Of a stretch of 64,000 nt of DNA, positions 23,760 to 38,049 are shown piece by piece. The position numbers and the translations under genes were made by a program. The stretch's first letter is position 1. Each line of letters starts with the position of its first letter. The notes under the pieces are model-generated. The model was not told the DNA's origin, did no database searches, and was given only the letters and a program-made list of their open reading frames with translations. The stretch covers positions 4,402,001 to 4,466,000 of the forward strand of contig NW_025963957.1 in assembly GCF_023055435.1 (NCBI RefSeq). The letters are read 5' to 3'. This DNA comes from Haliotis rufescens (taxonomy: Eukaryota).

Positions 23760-25849
23760 CAGTATAAGTGTGAACAGGACAATAGACTCAATTTAAGGCG
23801 GGTGTGAATATGTTATATGGGAGTGTAATAGAGTTGACACGGCTGCAAAATGATAATGTCACGCATAGTGGATTCACACCTAAATCTACGTCTGCTGCAG
23901 TCGTGTAACGGAACAGTAAACTTTCCCTCCTGTTCTGTGTGTGATGTTGTCACTTGTTGAATGCACCAGCTGAAAAACAGGAAACAGAATTGAAAAAAAC
24001 TTATTCTGTCCCAACCAACTGTCATCCAAAGTTTGGCTGCTTCACATGGAAAGTTTGTATTTGTACTCACCATTAGGACATCAAAAGACAAAACCATCAC
24101 ACATTACATCACACGAAGCGACAGTGGTTCCCACATTTATGCATGTTTGGAAATCAACGTGTCATCCGAGGCCTATATGACAAACGTTGAAATGTAGGTA
24201 TAATTTAGCCGCCAAACTAAATTGAAATATATTTCGCAGGTCATGAAACAAAGAACTTTTAAGTCACTATGAACATATATGACGGAGGTCTGTGAACATG
24301 GCCATCGTTTTCATGTATTTTCTAACGTGTGAAATAATCGTAAATGTCGTTCATGGATGACATGATTCCATTGACATCGTGTGTGGCAGACCCGTGAAGA
24401 TTCCGGGGTAGAATAGGTCTTCAGAAACCCATGCTTGCCGTAAAAGACGACTATGCTTGTAGTAAAAGGCGACTAACGGGACTTGGTTGATGCATGTCAT
24501 CGATCCCAATTGCGTGGATCGATACTCATGATATTAATCACTGGATTGTCTGGTCCAGACTCGATTATTTACAGACCGCCGTCATATAGCTGGGATATTG
24601 CTGAGTGCAACAACAAACTAACCAACAAACCAATCGTGTGTGGCAAGGATAAGATTGATCCTGTTTCATACGCTTCTGCTTGTTCGGGATTAGATAAATG
24701 GAAGATTACCATATTGACAAAAAATTAGCATTTATTTCAATGGTTCGGTAAAATAACTGCGTTTTATTACCAGCATTGCCTCATTAGTGTGCAGCAACCA
24801 CGTCAGTGACGTTATAAAGTAATTAGTAACATATGGCGAGGATATCCACTTTACAACAGACCATTGAAGTTTCCTCAGTATTTGTTAAACCAGACGCACT
24901 GCATTGAGTTGCTATCAGGTTTAAATTTACAATGGTTTAAATGGAGTATAATGTAAAGGTTGTGAATATGACGTGTGTTTGTCCAGACCATATCTCCAAA
25001 ACTGATAGGTATTCTTTCATGACACTTTGCACACAAAAAGACCAGTTTGCCTTTTGCTACTTAGGGGTGTTTAGAAAAAAGAAGAATTATGTTTCCATGG
25101 CAACAACTTTGATTTTGACTGTTCATATTGGTGTGTATCTGACATAGAAAAACAAAGTTCAGAATCCCAATTCCATGGAATTCCACTACTCTTGTATACG
25201 GACAGACAGATTAGAGAGAAATACTCTCATCAAGTTTGACTTAATGTGACAGTCAGATGATTTGTGCTTTCGAATCTGTGGGGGCCGAGGGATTGTCATC
25301 TTCTGATGACTTTTGTTCGTTTTGGGGACGATTTCGCCTGTTTTACGCTATTTTCTTATTACCCATCTAATTTTGGTCAAGCATTGAGGTTCCGCGAAAC
25401 GTGTGTAGTCGACTAGGACCGCAAACGGAGGGGCCGAGGTTGTTGCAGGCTCAAGCAAAGACATATATCTATATACGTCTTTAGATCAAGTCTGTACTTT
25501 TGGAGGACCTCAAACTGAGATCATATATGGGACCTCTATCCTCTATCTAGAATTTGATAGACAGGACTAAAGTGAAAATTTACCATATTAACGCGCCGCT
25601 TTCAAAGTTTTGAATACTATATTTGCACTCAGATTGGCATTTTTAGAATTTGATAAGTAGCTGTGAAGACAAGATATTTTATGGATGACAACTTATTTAT
25701 TCTATTATGATGCGATGTTCCTTAATATATCTAATCTTTATTTCACATACTGAAGAGGCCACAGGCCTCTAGTACAAGTTGAAGAATATACAGTTTTATA
25801 CAGTTTATGTACATATCTCACCAGATCACCTCACGTCATTCCACCTTGC

Positions 25850-26430
25850 ATTTCAACGCAGTCACATAATTTCACACATTCAGTACAATACCATACCCTG
25901 TAATTTCATAATTTCTATATTACCATATCACAACTTGTTATATCATACAACATATTCTATAACATCATATCATATTGTATCATTATTATAAGATCATACT
26001 ATATAGTATTATTTCATATAACATTATCATAACATACTATACATACCATCGTACCATATATCACAACTATATTGTATCACATTTCAACATGTCATATCAC
26101 ACAACACATTAGCAATGTCATAGCTTGTCCCATCATATCTTATCATATCATACCATATAATGCCATGTCATTCCATGCCAATTTATTTCATATCAATTAA
26201 TCAATATTTATTCAACACTGGAAGACCGCAAGCCATATAATATGTACACTAAAAAACAGTATTTACACAATTTCTATAATACACATAATATATTGCATCA
26301 TATCCCCTCATGTATCATATCACACCACATCACTTCATATCATATCACATCATGTCATGTCACATCATATCATTTCATATACATATAACTATACTTAACC
26401 ATTTGTAATATCACGTCCCACAATATCATA
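25850..26430. repeat. Degenerate (ATATC/CATAT)-like low-complexity repeat
   Basis: Dense catat/atcat pentamers. Confidence 0.7.
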
Positions 26431-28880
26431 TGACAGCCTAGTAGTTTAATACCATTTCTAACTCTTTTGTTTGTAGTTTATTCAGATGGCAAATATCTAT
26501 AAATATGTACTTAATGTATATACACAATAGTTTCCTAATACCAAGCAGCTAAGATTATTCTTTCATAAGGTTCTGTTGGTATAAAGAGGCATAATATATG
26601 AACATGGGCACATTTTGTAAGATACTTCTTTTTGTGTTTGACAGCAATGTAACAAATTTAATAATATTAGGGTACCTGTAATAATAAGCTTGCAGGTATT
26701 TTTCTCTAAGGTGTAAATACACTGGACATACAAGTAAGAAATGAAATTCATCTTCTACTGAGTTTAAACTACATAGATTACAGATTCATTCTTCACGAGG
26801 AATGTTTACATAGCGCCCTGTTTCTATTAAAAGGTCGTGAGAAGAACATCTAAAACGTGAAAGAGCCGTTCGAAATTTTTTAACATTAACTTTTGATAAA
26901 TAATCTTACATAATTATTTCTGATTTAAACATTTTGTAATAAAAGCATTTGTTTGTTAGAGTCAATGATGCAGTCCAAGATTGTAAATAAATATCCTTTA
27001 ATCTCTGGGTTAATGAAAGTATAAACATTGGTTTGGAATACACATTTTGGTTTTGCCAAATATCACCAAAGCCACAACTGAAAAGTAATTCTCTAACACC
27101 TGTAACCCAGTTTCTTTTCCCATTATTATCATAAACTATCATCATATTATAACACTTTTTTGGCAATCCATATGAGGGCATGTCAATAAGTCTCAGCCAG
27201 TATTTAATAACTTTTATATTTGAATATACATAGAGAGGGAATCTTCCACATTCCCCATACACCACCAAGCTGGAAGTGTTTATTTTAACACCTAAATACT
27301 TTTTGCAAACATATAAATGAATCCTTTCTATGGCATCAAAGTGCTGTAAACCCCAGACTTCTGCCCCATACAACAAAATGGGGAGTATCTTTATATCAAA
27401 TATTTAAAAAAAAGATTGATGAGAAATGGTTTCTAAAACTTTCAAACTCTTATGGATACTCACAAAGACCTTTCTTGCTTGTAAAGCAGCTTGATACAAA
27501 TGTTTATGCCATGACAAGTTTCTACTGAAGTAAACACCCAGATATTTATAAAATCCTGTAGTTTCTATTTTTTGTCCTTTGAAGGACCAATATTCTTTAC
27601 TTGCTAAATGACCTCCATTCTTAAATACCAAAACTTTTGTTTTACTCATGTTAACTGTTAGCTTCCATTTATTGCAGTAACTTTCAAGTTCATTAATTTG
27701 ACACTGCAGTCCTTTGATTGTTGATGAAAAGAGAGCAATATCATCTGCAAATAAAAGTAAAAATATCTTTGTAATATCTGGATGGAGCTGAACACCATAA
27801 TTACAGTTGGTATTTATTTGCACAGCCAGTTCATTTATGAAAAAAGTAAAGAGAAAGGGGCTTAAGATGCATCCTTGTCTTACTCCTAACTGACTAATAA
27901 ATGTTTCTGAAATCTCATTATTGTTTCGCACACACACCTTAATATTCTCGTAAATGCTACCCAATAGTTTGTTCATCTTAAAGCTGAGGCCATGTGATCT
28001 TAAAAGGTTCCATAGTTTATGTCTCTGCACTGAGTCAAATGCCTTGGCAAAGTCAACGAAGAGCACATAAAGTTTCCCACCCTTGACACTGAGGTATTTG
28101 TTAACTAAAACTTGAAGGATAAAAATGTTGTCAATAGTTGAATAGCCCTCTCTAAATCCAGCTTGTTCTTCATTGATTTTGTCGAGGGTATCTGCCCAAA
28201 ACACTAACCTTTTATTTATTATGTTTGTGAATAGTTTACCAAAAATACTTAGCAGTGAAATACCTGTGTAATTGTTTATATTATTTAGATCAACTTGTTT
28301 ATGTATTGGCACAATTATCCCTATTGACCATGCATCTGGAAATGTTCCATTTTCTAATATAACATTAAATATAAGTTCAAGGTAAGGTACAATGATATCT
28401 GAGGAACGTTTAAAAAACTCGGGAATAATCTGATCCATTCCTGGTGATTTGTTGCATTTAAGATGGTGTATACTCTCTAAAATCTCATCTCTGGTAATAG
28501 GGGAATCCAGTATATCATTTGCAAACTGAGTATCTGTTTGAGTCTGAGTATTATCTTGTGACTCCTGGAACTGATTTTCAGGGCTCTGATCAGTATCTGT
28601 GAAAGTAAATAATTCTTTAAAGTAAATGTACCAATCCTTAATGTTGATATTATTTGTCTTTTGATGTTTGCTTAGACTTTTCAGTTCTGACCAAAATAGT
28701 TTAGAGTCATGAATGTTATTTTCTAAGGATTGTTGCTTATCATGTAAATATTCTTGTTTCTTTTCTTTGCACACAGCTATATATTTGTTTCTTATGTTAT
28801 GATATTCTCTAAGTGAGTCCTTATCTTTACATCTCCTGAATTTATTTAGTGCCCTACATCTTTTCTTTTTAAGAAATTAC
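26190..28880 (-). mobile_element. 5'-truncated non-LTR retrotransposon (RT, possibly RTE-X-like)
   Basis: 456-aa ORF with KSPGMD, QAGFR, FVDFAKAFDSV, GVRQGCILSP, LFADD and YKYLG; next ORF has YGECGRFPL; polyA-signal-like end near 26207. Confidence 0.88.
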
Positions 28881-29680
28881 ACTGTAGTCAATTACACTGG
28901 TACCTTAACATCCTTATACCGGTCTCAAACAAGAGAGTCGAGGGTATAAGGATCTGTACCGAATAGAGTAAAGAAGTTTTCATCCACAAAGTATCTTGTC
29001 TTTGCTGATATTTATATTAACAATGTGCACGATCCAATTCTGTACCTACTCATGAGACTTGCTCTTTGAGCGTCAGATATATTGATGATCACCGACTTAC
29101 CCACCCATTGAGGAGATCAGTAACCTCGCCTCATCTGTTTACTATTCAGAAGTATGCATATTGTTTCAGGGTGACACAAAACGTACCACAAGATTGTGTG
29201 ACATGAGGGATGACTTCAACTTTCCCTTCATATCGTGTCATGCCGAGGGCCCCGGCTCGATGTCCCACGTGGTTAGAATGTGTGAAGCCCATTTCTGTTG
29301 TCCTTCGCCATGATATTGTTGGAATATTGCCCAAACCACACTCACTCACTCTCCCACTCCCTCCAAGTCGAGCAATATTCCAGCAGCTACAACCTTTGGT
29401 GATACATCAGAGATTTATGATTTCTGATTCTGGAAAAGGGTTTTGTAATCTTTATTTATTAATCGATATTTCAACTGCTGAATTTACATCCACATCCTTT
29501 ACAAACTGTGGGTGGTCAGTGCATAATCTGATTAATACAACAGAGTAGGTACATAATGTCGTAGCGCATAATGCTGTTTCACGCATTAGGAAATCAATCA
29601 GTAAGACAAGATTGTTTGTGGGGGATTCATAGCTCCGAAACAAAGCTCATTACCCCTGAATCCCAGCCTAGGCCTGTCTC

Positions 29681-30969
29681 GGTTATCTCCTAAAACCCCT
29701 ACATCCCATTTCCCCAACAACCCAGTTCCCCTACAATTAGTTAAAACAACACACGGCATTTACCTGTCTGGCATTATGAACTCACCTAAAGGAGAGATTA
29801 AGGTCTGGAGTAGAGGTAGTAGAAATGAAAGGGGCAGAGCTTTAGGGGATAAGGGGACTTAAAGGAAAGTTTGAAAAAAGAAGAATTAATGTAAGTGTAA
29901 TGAAAGATGCCTGTATGATGAGAAGACAATTTTTAGAAATTACGAAAATAACAGTAGGAAGAAACAAGACGGTAATGATGACAAGATTCTGGCGTTTGGC
30001 AGTCTAGAGAGTCTAGAGGCCTTGCAGTCATCTGAGATTCTATACATGGATGGAACGTTCACTGCCTGCCCTGGACTGTGTCATGCATCCAGACAGACTT
30101 CAGCCAATGGCTGCTATTTGTGCTGTCAAAGTCGTGTTTCTTACTGCCGATGTGAAGGGATGTTTCTTCCATTACTGCCAGGCTATATGGAGGAAGGTCC
30201 AGGATCTGGGACTAGCTGTCGCGTATCGAGAAGATCCTGAAGTCTGCAAGTGGATAAGAAGAGCAGCTGGCCTACCCCTACTCCCCCAGAACAAGATCCA
30301 GGACACGTGGATTGACGTAATGGACAACACACCAGATGTACTAAGAGCTGTCGCCTTCAACGACTACATCGTCACTACCTGGGTCGACCACGGAGCACGA
30401 TTCCCCCTACCACTGTGGAACCATCACGGTATTACAGGTCCCAGGACGAACAACAGCCTTGAAGGCTTTCACAACCGACTCAACCGAGGTCTCCCTCACC
30501 AACATCCCAACATCTACCGATTTGTGGAGGTAGTCAGGAAGGTGGAACAGGCAGAACGAGCTAAGTTTTTAGCAGCTCCAAGAGCCAGGAAGAGAGTGTA
30601 CAGAGAGGTGGAGAACCGTCTCTGCCGCCTGAAGGACGAGTTGAATAGAGAGGTGAAATCCCCAATGCAGGTTTAAGATGCGGTTGGCCATCTCCTCAGG
30701 CTGGGATAAAGAGTGCACTGAACATTTGAGATGAAATTTATTATAATGTATTATGAATTTTGAAAAATGAACATTTTATTATAATGTATTATGAATTTTG
30801 AATAATATCGTAATCGTAATTAAATATTTATCTCAATCTATTCGTGTTTCTTGGGTTGTTCCACTGTATGAAATAGGTAACAGACTAGGGATTAGCAGTG
30901 CCATGGACCGTGAACTTTGTTGTCTTAAGCTGTAGGGGAAATGGGATGTAGGGGTTTGGGGAGGTTACC
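29681..30969 (+). mobile_element. Mutator-like (MULE) DNA transposon, internally deleted
   Basis: TIRs ggttatctcctaaaacccctacatcccatttcccc / ggggaaatgggatgtaggggtttggggaggttacc; TSD cctgtctc (29673-29680, 30970-30977); motifs YMDGTF, GCFFHYCQAIWR and RTNNSLEGFHNRLN. Confidence 0.88.
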
Positions 30970-32102
30970 CCTGTCTCGGAAGCTTCAGTACTGCTGAGTA
31001 AATATATACTATTATCACAGCCTGTTGCTATCAACACTGTATGTTTGTATTTGACACTGCCCACTGCCATCATGTTATATACTGCCATTGAATATTCTAC
31101 TACCACTCTATTGTTTACTGTCACTGTAATGCTGTACTACCACTCTATTGTTTACTGTCACTGTAATTGCTGTGCAGTAATTTGTATTGATTTGCAAACT
31201 TAGTGAATTTTGTGATACATTTGTTTATTGTATATCACTGATGGTTTCACACTGATTTCTTTTACAAACAGATTTCTGGATTGACATATTGTTTCAATTT
31301 CGACATTTAACAACTGTCATCTGTATAGTGCGGCGTTAAACAACATTAAAAAGCTGCCTGCCTGGTATAACGTAGGTGTACGCGTGATGATGGAACATGT
31401 AGATATTACAGCCTTCACGGACCTAACGCTCATGGTAATCGATTTTGTCACGTGAAAGTTGGCTGTCAAATCATCAGTTGGCACCACCTGTCAAAGTGTT
31501 TTAGTAATCCGCGGGTAATAGGTACGCTCTCTTTCCAGTATAATGTTGAAGCACACACACAGATACTGTTGACACAGGGGTTTTTCACGAAATACATAAC
31601 ATTTATCACAAACATGATTCACGGTGGTATATCAGTCCTTTTGCAATTTGCCATCCCCTGGTATCGATATGTAACGTGAAGTGTATGCGAGTATGTATGG
31701 CGTTGTATATAACACGAATAATTCACTAGGGTTCCAGTAATGTAATAACTTACTCAATTCATGATTCCTGGATATATGAAGACCCGTGTCAATATCTCAT
31801 TAGTTTGTTTTTTTCTAAACCAATAGATGAAAATATAACCTAATGATTAATATGTACGTTTGTGTTTGTGTGTACCTAATATGTGACCGTCATGCTTGTA
31901 TCTGTACGTCCTCACTAACTGCCCGTCAATATGCTTGCCAATGGAGAAACGATATGTATGTATTGAATCGAGCATCGTATATGTAGGTTCTGTTATCAAT
32001 AGCTACTTGGAATCGGAGAGAACCACTGGAGCTTGTGCCATATCGTGTTTTCTCTGTATCATATGTTGTGCTGCTGACGTGACAGCCGTGCCAGGGCGGG
32101 CG

Positions 32103-32468
32103 TCCTCTTCGAGGTCCCCCCTGCCACGATTAGACCCTGCTGCTTTCCTCTTTGTGGTGGCATCTGAAGGGGCATCCTCTTCGAGGTCCCCCCTGCCACG
32201 ATTAGACCCTGCTGCTTTCCTCTTTGTGGTGGCATCTGAAGGGGCATCCTCTTCGAGGTCCCCCCTGCCACGATTAGACCCTGCTGCTTTCCTCTTTGTG
32301 GTGGCATCTGAAGGGGCATCCTCTTCGAGGTCCCCCCTGCCACGATTAGACCCTGCTGCTTTCCTCTTTGTGGTGGCATCTGAAGGGGCATCCTCTTCAT
32401 GGTCCCCCCTGCCACGATTAGACCCTGCTGCTTTCCTCTTTGTGGTGGCATCTGAAGGGGCATCCTCC
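32103..32468. repeat. 72-bp minisatellite, 5 units
   Basis: (tcctcttcgaggtcccccctgccacgattagaccctgctgctttcctctttgtggtggcatctgaaggggca)n. Confidence 0.95.
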
Positions 32469-33514
32469 CCTAGTATTGCGACCAGAAGTAGTTTCACAGC
32501 AAATGAATGCGAAATACGTCATATTATATACTGCCATTGAATGCTGTACAACCACTCTATTGTGTACTGCCATTGTAATTGCTGTGCAGTAATTTGTATT
32601 GATTTGCAAACTTAGTGAATTTTGTGATACATTTGTTTATTGTATATCACTGATGGTTTCACACTGATTTCTTTTACAAACAGATTTCTGGATTGACATA
32701 TTGTTTCAATTTCGACATTTAACAACTGTCATCTGTATAGTGCGGCGTTAAACAACATTAAAAAGCTGCCTGCCTGGTATAACGTAGGTGTACGCGTGAT
32801 GATGGAACATGTAGATATTACAGCCTTCACGGACCTAACGCTCATGGTAATCGATTTTGTCACGTGAAAGTTGGCTGTCAAATCATCAGTTGGCACCACC
32901 TGTCAAAGTGTTTTAGTAATCCGCGGGTAATAGGTACGCTCTCTTTCCAGTATAATGTTGAAGCACACACACAGATACTGTTGACACAGGGGTTTTTCAC
33001 GAAATACATAACATTTATCACAAACATGATTCACGGTGGTATATCAGTCCTTTTGCAATTTGCCATCCCCTGGTATCGATATGTAACGTGAAGTGTATGC
33101 GAGTATGTATGGCGTTGTATATAACACGAATAATTCACTAGGGTTCCAGTAATGTAATAACTTACTCAATTCATGATTCCTGGATATATGAAGACCCGTG
33201 TCAATATCTCATTAGTTTGTTTTTTTCTAAACCAATAGATGAAAATATAACCTAATGATTAATATGTACGTTTGTGTTTGTGTGTACCTAATATGTGACC
33301 GTCATGCTTGTATCTGTACGTCCTCACTAACTGCCCGTCAATATGCTTGCCAATGGAGAAACGATATGTATGTATTGAATCGAGCATCGTATATGTAGGT
33401 TCTGTTATCAATAGCTACTTGGAATCGGAGAGAACCACTGGAGCTTGTGCCATATCGTGTTTTCTCTGTATCATATGTTGTGCTGCTGACGTGACAGCCG
33501 TGCCAGGGCGGGCG

Positions 33515-34026
33515 TCCTCTTCGAGGTCCCCCCTGCCACGATTAGACCCTGCTGCTTTCCTCTTTGTGGTGGCATCTGAAGGGGCATCCTCTTCGAGGTC
33601 CCCCCTGCCACGATTAGACCCTGCTGCTTTCCTCTTTGTGGTGGCATCTGAAGGGGCATCCTCTTCGAGGTCCCCCCTGCCACGATTAGACCCTGCTGCT
33701 TTCCTCTTTGTGGTGGCATCTGAAGGGGCATCCTCTTCGAGGTCCCCCCTGCCACGATTAGACCCTGCTGCTTTCCTCTTTGTGGTGGCATCTGAAGGGG
33801 CATCCTCTTCATGGTCCCCCCTGCCACGATTAGACCCTGCTGCTTTCCTCTTTGTGGTGGCATCTGAAGGGGCATCCTCTTCGAGGTCCCCCCTGCCACG
33901 ATTAGACCCTGCTGCTTTCCTCTTTGTGGTGGCATCTGAAGGGGCATCCTCTTCGAGGTCCCCCCTGCCACGATTAGACCCTGCTGCTTTCCTCTTTGTG
34001 GTGGCATCTGAAGGGGCATCCTCCCC
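33515..34026. repeat. 72-bp minisatellite, 7 units
   Basis: Same unit as 32103-32468. Confidence 0.95.
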
Positions 34027-35553
34027 TGGTATTGTACTCACATCTTCCTGGGTGTTAAGCTCTTGTTCTGCAAGTACTTGATCACTGCAAGTTACTCGAG
34101 TGTGTCAACTTCCTCAAGTTTGTCAAGTTTGTTATAGATGCTTTTTTTAATTTACTGACTTGACTCAGCGAATCAGTTTGCTCATTTGACTCACATTTAC
34201 ATGCACTTGGGAAGCTTGGATGTGTACCAATAACACCCCGAATTGCTAAATGTGTGATGATACGTGCGATGGCATAGTCCAACACCCATAACTATATTGT
34301 AAAGCCTCAGCTAAACTGAGGAACCCCTTTATGAACATATATTCGACATTCCCTATTGTATACGTGAGCCCTGGTTGAATGGCTGAGCCCTGGTGTTATC
34401 CCTATCAAGAGCAATACGCTCCTGGAATCTAAGATCTCGATCTATCTATGGATAATACAACGAGTCTTACCACTGTATGTTTGTTGTTTAACGCCGCACT
34501 CAGCAATAGTCCAGCTATAGAGAGGCGGTCTGTAAATGATCGCGTCTGGACCAGACAGTCCAGTGATTAACATCATGAGCATCGATTCAATGACATGCAT
34601 CAACCAAGTCAGTGTGCCTGATCAGCCGATCCCGTTAGTCGCCTCTTACGACGAGCATAGTCGCCTGTTCTTACGTTCATAGTGATGTACAACGCTATAA
34701 CTGTACACAGACAACATCCTCCTCCTCACAGTCGACCAGAAGTAGTTTCACAGCAAATGAATACGAAATACGTCATCCGAGGAATGTGAGAAATATATCA
34801 ATATCTATCTTATACAACAGCAATGTCACAGTATGTCACAACTGGTCATTTTGACAGCATGTAACAATAATAGGTGTTGGAGAAACCGCGTTGGAGCATT
34901 CACCATTTTTGACAATGTCGTTATCGAGTGGGCCCCTGGTGTGTATTGGTTAGCATAAGTACCCAGCAACCTCTGCCGGAAGATGAATTGGGTGTGGGCT
35001 CGGTATCTTGGTTGATCATTGCAACCTAACGACGTGGAACTTATATCATGATATAGATTACGTCACATTTTTCCTTATATAGAAAATATATTTAGACATC
35101 TTCAAACCATCGACAACGGGCATGGTGTTCAGAAACGGTGAAACATAATCATATCCACATTCAAACTCACAGCGAAATGAGGAGCCTTAGACGAGTGGGT
35201 CCCGCGTGCTCATATTGGTGTAGAATGGGAACGTAATCGACAGTACAATTAACGCGGATGAGAAGGAGCATTCTGATTTCCTCACGATGTTGCTCGCTCC
35301 AAGGCTCACTATGGGGTCACAAGTCAGATTACATGACGGCTCTCTTAGGTAAAAATTATCTGAGGCGATAGCTCGATTATAACTGATATCACGGTGCCAA
35401 TGTTTATGGTCATTTCATTTGTTGCCTACAAGCTAAAGAACTTATTTCAAAACATAAACAAGTGTTCAGAAAAATGATGAACTTATGGCAAAAGCCGGTA
35501 GTGACCACCGTTATATTATGTTACAAGTTCTTTCTGTGTCTGCATGCGTATTA

Positions 35554-36086
35554 GTCAGTTGGCAACCAGCGGAAAAGAGGCTTAGTTCAAATTTTCGTTC
35601 CCACATTTTCCTGTATACCTTAAACCTTTTCTATTGCATAAAGGAGGTATCTGTACACAATGTTCATTGGGGAGTAAGCTTGCAAGTGTGTGCGTGAGTT
35701 TTCAGGGGGTCAAAATTGCATAACTTGAAGGAAAAATGCATAATTTGACAAAATTGGCTGTAACATTTTTATTAAGTCATTAAACTATCCAAATTATGTT
35801 TTTGATTACAGGTAATGTGTTCGGTTATCTGAATTTGGCAAACATTTTGTTTCATTTAACTGTTATTCTCATTCTCAGTGGAAACATTGATTAACAGTTA
35901 ACAGTTAAATGAAACCAAATGTTTGCCAAATTCAGATAACCGAACACCAAAATACAAGCATACACTTGCAAGCCTACTACCCAATGAACATTGTGTACAG
36001 ATACCTCCTTTATGCAATAGAAAAGGTTTAAGGTATACAGGAAAATGTGGGAACGAAAATCTTGTTTTCCCCCCTGGCCAACTGAC
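35554..36086. mobile_element. Foldback/MITE with nested inverted repeats
   Basis: ta-gtcagttggc...gccaactgac-ta ends; 35591-35695 inverted at 35956-36060; 35817-35865 inverted at 35899-35947. Confidence 0.75.
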
Positions 36087-36459
36087 TATTTATGGTTACA
36101 TAAATATGTTTGCTTCAGTCAGGGTTGCTCAGATTAGTATGTCTATGCCATTCTGTTTTTGTTAAGATCAATCCAAGACTGACAATAACAGATGTTAAAG
36201 TGTAACAGTGCTGCATTTCTATTTGTAAACAGTAGTTCATCTTTCTTTCACCTTTTCAGAATGCTTTTCTCTGTAGAAGGTGACTGTCACAACAGGGAGT
36301 AATACCAAAGCCAGATAAGAACTAATAATCAATTTGCGAGCCAGCATCTTTCATTCACCTTTTCAGAATGCTTTTCTCAGGTTTCTCAGGTGACTGTCAC
36401 AACAGGGAGTAATACCAAAGCCAGATATGAACTAATAATCAACTTATTTACCCTTGCTA

Positions 36460-36759
36460 GACCGCCTCCGTGGGCAAGTGGTAGAGCACCTGTACTGAGA
36501 CCGGAAGGTCAGGGTTTGATACCCAACCGCGTCATACCAAAAGACATTAAAAGATGGTACTTGTTGTTACTCTGTCTTGCGCTTGGCGTTAAAGGGCTAA
36601 AACAAGGACTGTCGGCTCGGAGTCAGTATACAGTGTCTGAGTGGGGTATGCATGTTAAACTGCGGCATGGTATCTCAGTGGGCTAGCACTATAAAATCGG
36701 ACTAGTATAAGAGCGCGCGCGCACGCACGCTCGCACGCACGAACGCACATGCACAAATA

Positions 36760-36842
<83 letters not shown>

Positions 36843-36899
36843 GTCGCTATATGAGTGCAATAATCTTGGACGCGACGTTAAACCCCACCTCAACTCACC
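36460..36899 (+). mobile_element. Meta/MESC-domain-like tRNA SINE with internal (CA)n expansion (36760-36840)
   Basis: tRNA-like head, aaaagatggtacttgttg core, LINE-like 3' tail. Confidence 0.8.
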
Positions 36900-37285
36900 A
36901 ATTTACTAACAAAATATTCACTCACACTAACTGACTTCAGCCCACTGTTACTCTGCCACACATATCATACACACGCATACGTTCACTTACTAACCAATCA
37001 CTTCGCTCCTTCCCCTCAACCCTGTCCCCACTGATACATGTTGATACTAAAACCACACCAAATCATAATGTAAATCATCAATCAATACAGCAATGCATAT
37101 TACATCAGGTATCAGGTTGGTGATGCAGTCTAGCATACACCACACACAGTGTGTTATAGAACATCACTGTCACCCTCAAGGTGAATCCAGCCACTGCGGT
37201 AATGCTATACTGTTTCCACAGATGTAACTCCAACTCTCACAGTAAACGTCTCACATCGGCTCTATCTTTCTCTCATCCCTATAAA

Positions 37286-37409
37286 ATACTGTTTTGGCTA
37301 AATTTCGCGTTCTCGCGATCTCTCATTCTCGCACTTTGGGCATATTTAGCTCGTTTCCTAAGATAGAGATGGCAAGAATGCGAGATCGCGAGAATGTCCC
37401 TTACAGTAT
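37286..37409. mobile_element. Small MITE-like inverted repeat
   Basis: atactgt...ttctcgcgatctctcattctcgc versus gcaagaatgcgagatcgcgagaat...acagtat. Confidence 0.55.
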
Positions 37410-37545
37410 TCCATACATCACAGGCGTTTGCCGGGTCTCGGTCGTCATCACTTCCTCGCTTTCGATCACACAGTCCAGCTGCCTTAACGTTAAAGTTCAT
37501 TTTGCTCACATTAGGCTTCCCTCTGATCCGGACACTATAGAATCC

Positions 37546-37817
37546 AATGTAAACACCTCAGTACACACTACCATTCATCCTCCAATGTAAGCACCTCAGT
37601 ACACACTACCATTCATCCTCCAATGTAAACACCTCAGTACACACTACCATTCATCCTCCAATGTAAACACCTCAGTACACACTACCATTCATCCTCCAAT
37701 GTAAGCACCTCAGTACACACTACCATTCATCCTCCAATGTAAGCACCTCAGTACACACTACAATTCATCCTCCAATGTAAGCACCTGATCAGAACACACT
37801 ACCATTCATCCTCCAAT
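37546..37817. repeat. 38-bp tandem repeat, ~7 copies
   Basis: (aatgtaaRcacctcagtacacactaccattcatcctcc)n. Confidence 0.95.
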
Positions 37818-38049
37818 AAGCATGAATACGCATATTCAGAATGGTTGTACTTACATGAGTAATTCAACACACAGTCGAGCATGCAACTTGGTTAGAATAT
37901 CTAACTAAGAGATGTTGCACTATGATATATGCTTCACATTGCATTCTACAATGTTGGTGATAATTTTACACACGTACAATGACGACAGCCAACACATTGT
38001 CATGTATAGCTTACTTCGTGTGAGATGAAACGGGGTTTAATGTCGCCAG

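Larger units (their letters stand above)
31070..34776. repeat. Tandem duplication, period 1412 bp
   Basis: Identical ORFs at 31452/32864 and 31896/33308 (offset 1412). Diverged inverted third copy at ~49380-50180. Confidence 0.92.

Noticed and set aside
31380-31830. Possible SEFIR/TIR-like remnant on the minus strand
   Set aside because: Resemblance too weak and interrupted by stops to support without a profile search.
36237-36442. ~110-bp direct repeat with cag acceptor-like sites
   Set aside because: Looks like a simple local duplication; no linked exons found.
37546-37817. 38-bp repeat as a CRISPR array
   Set aside because: Head-to-tail tandem repeat with no spacers.
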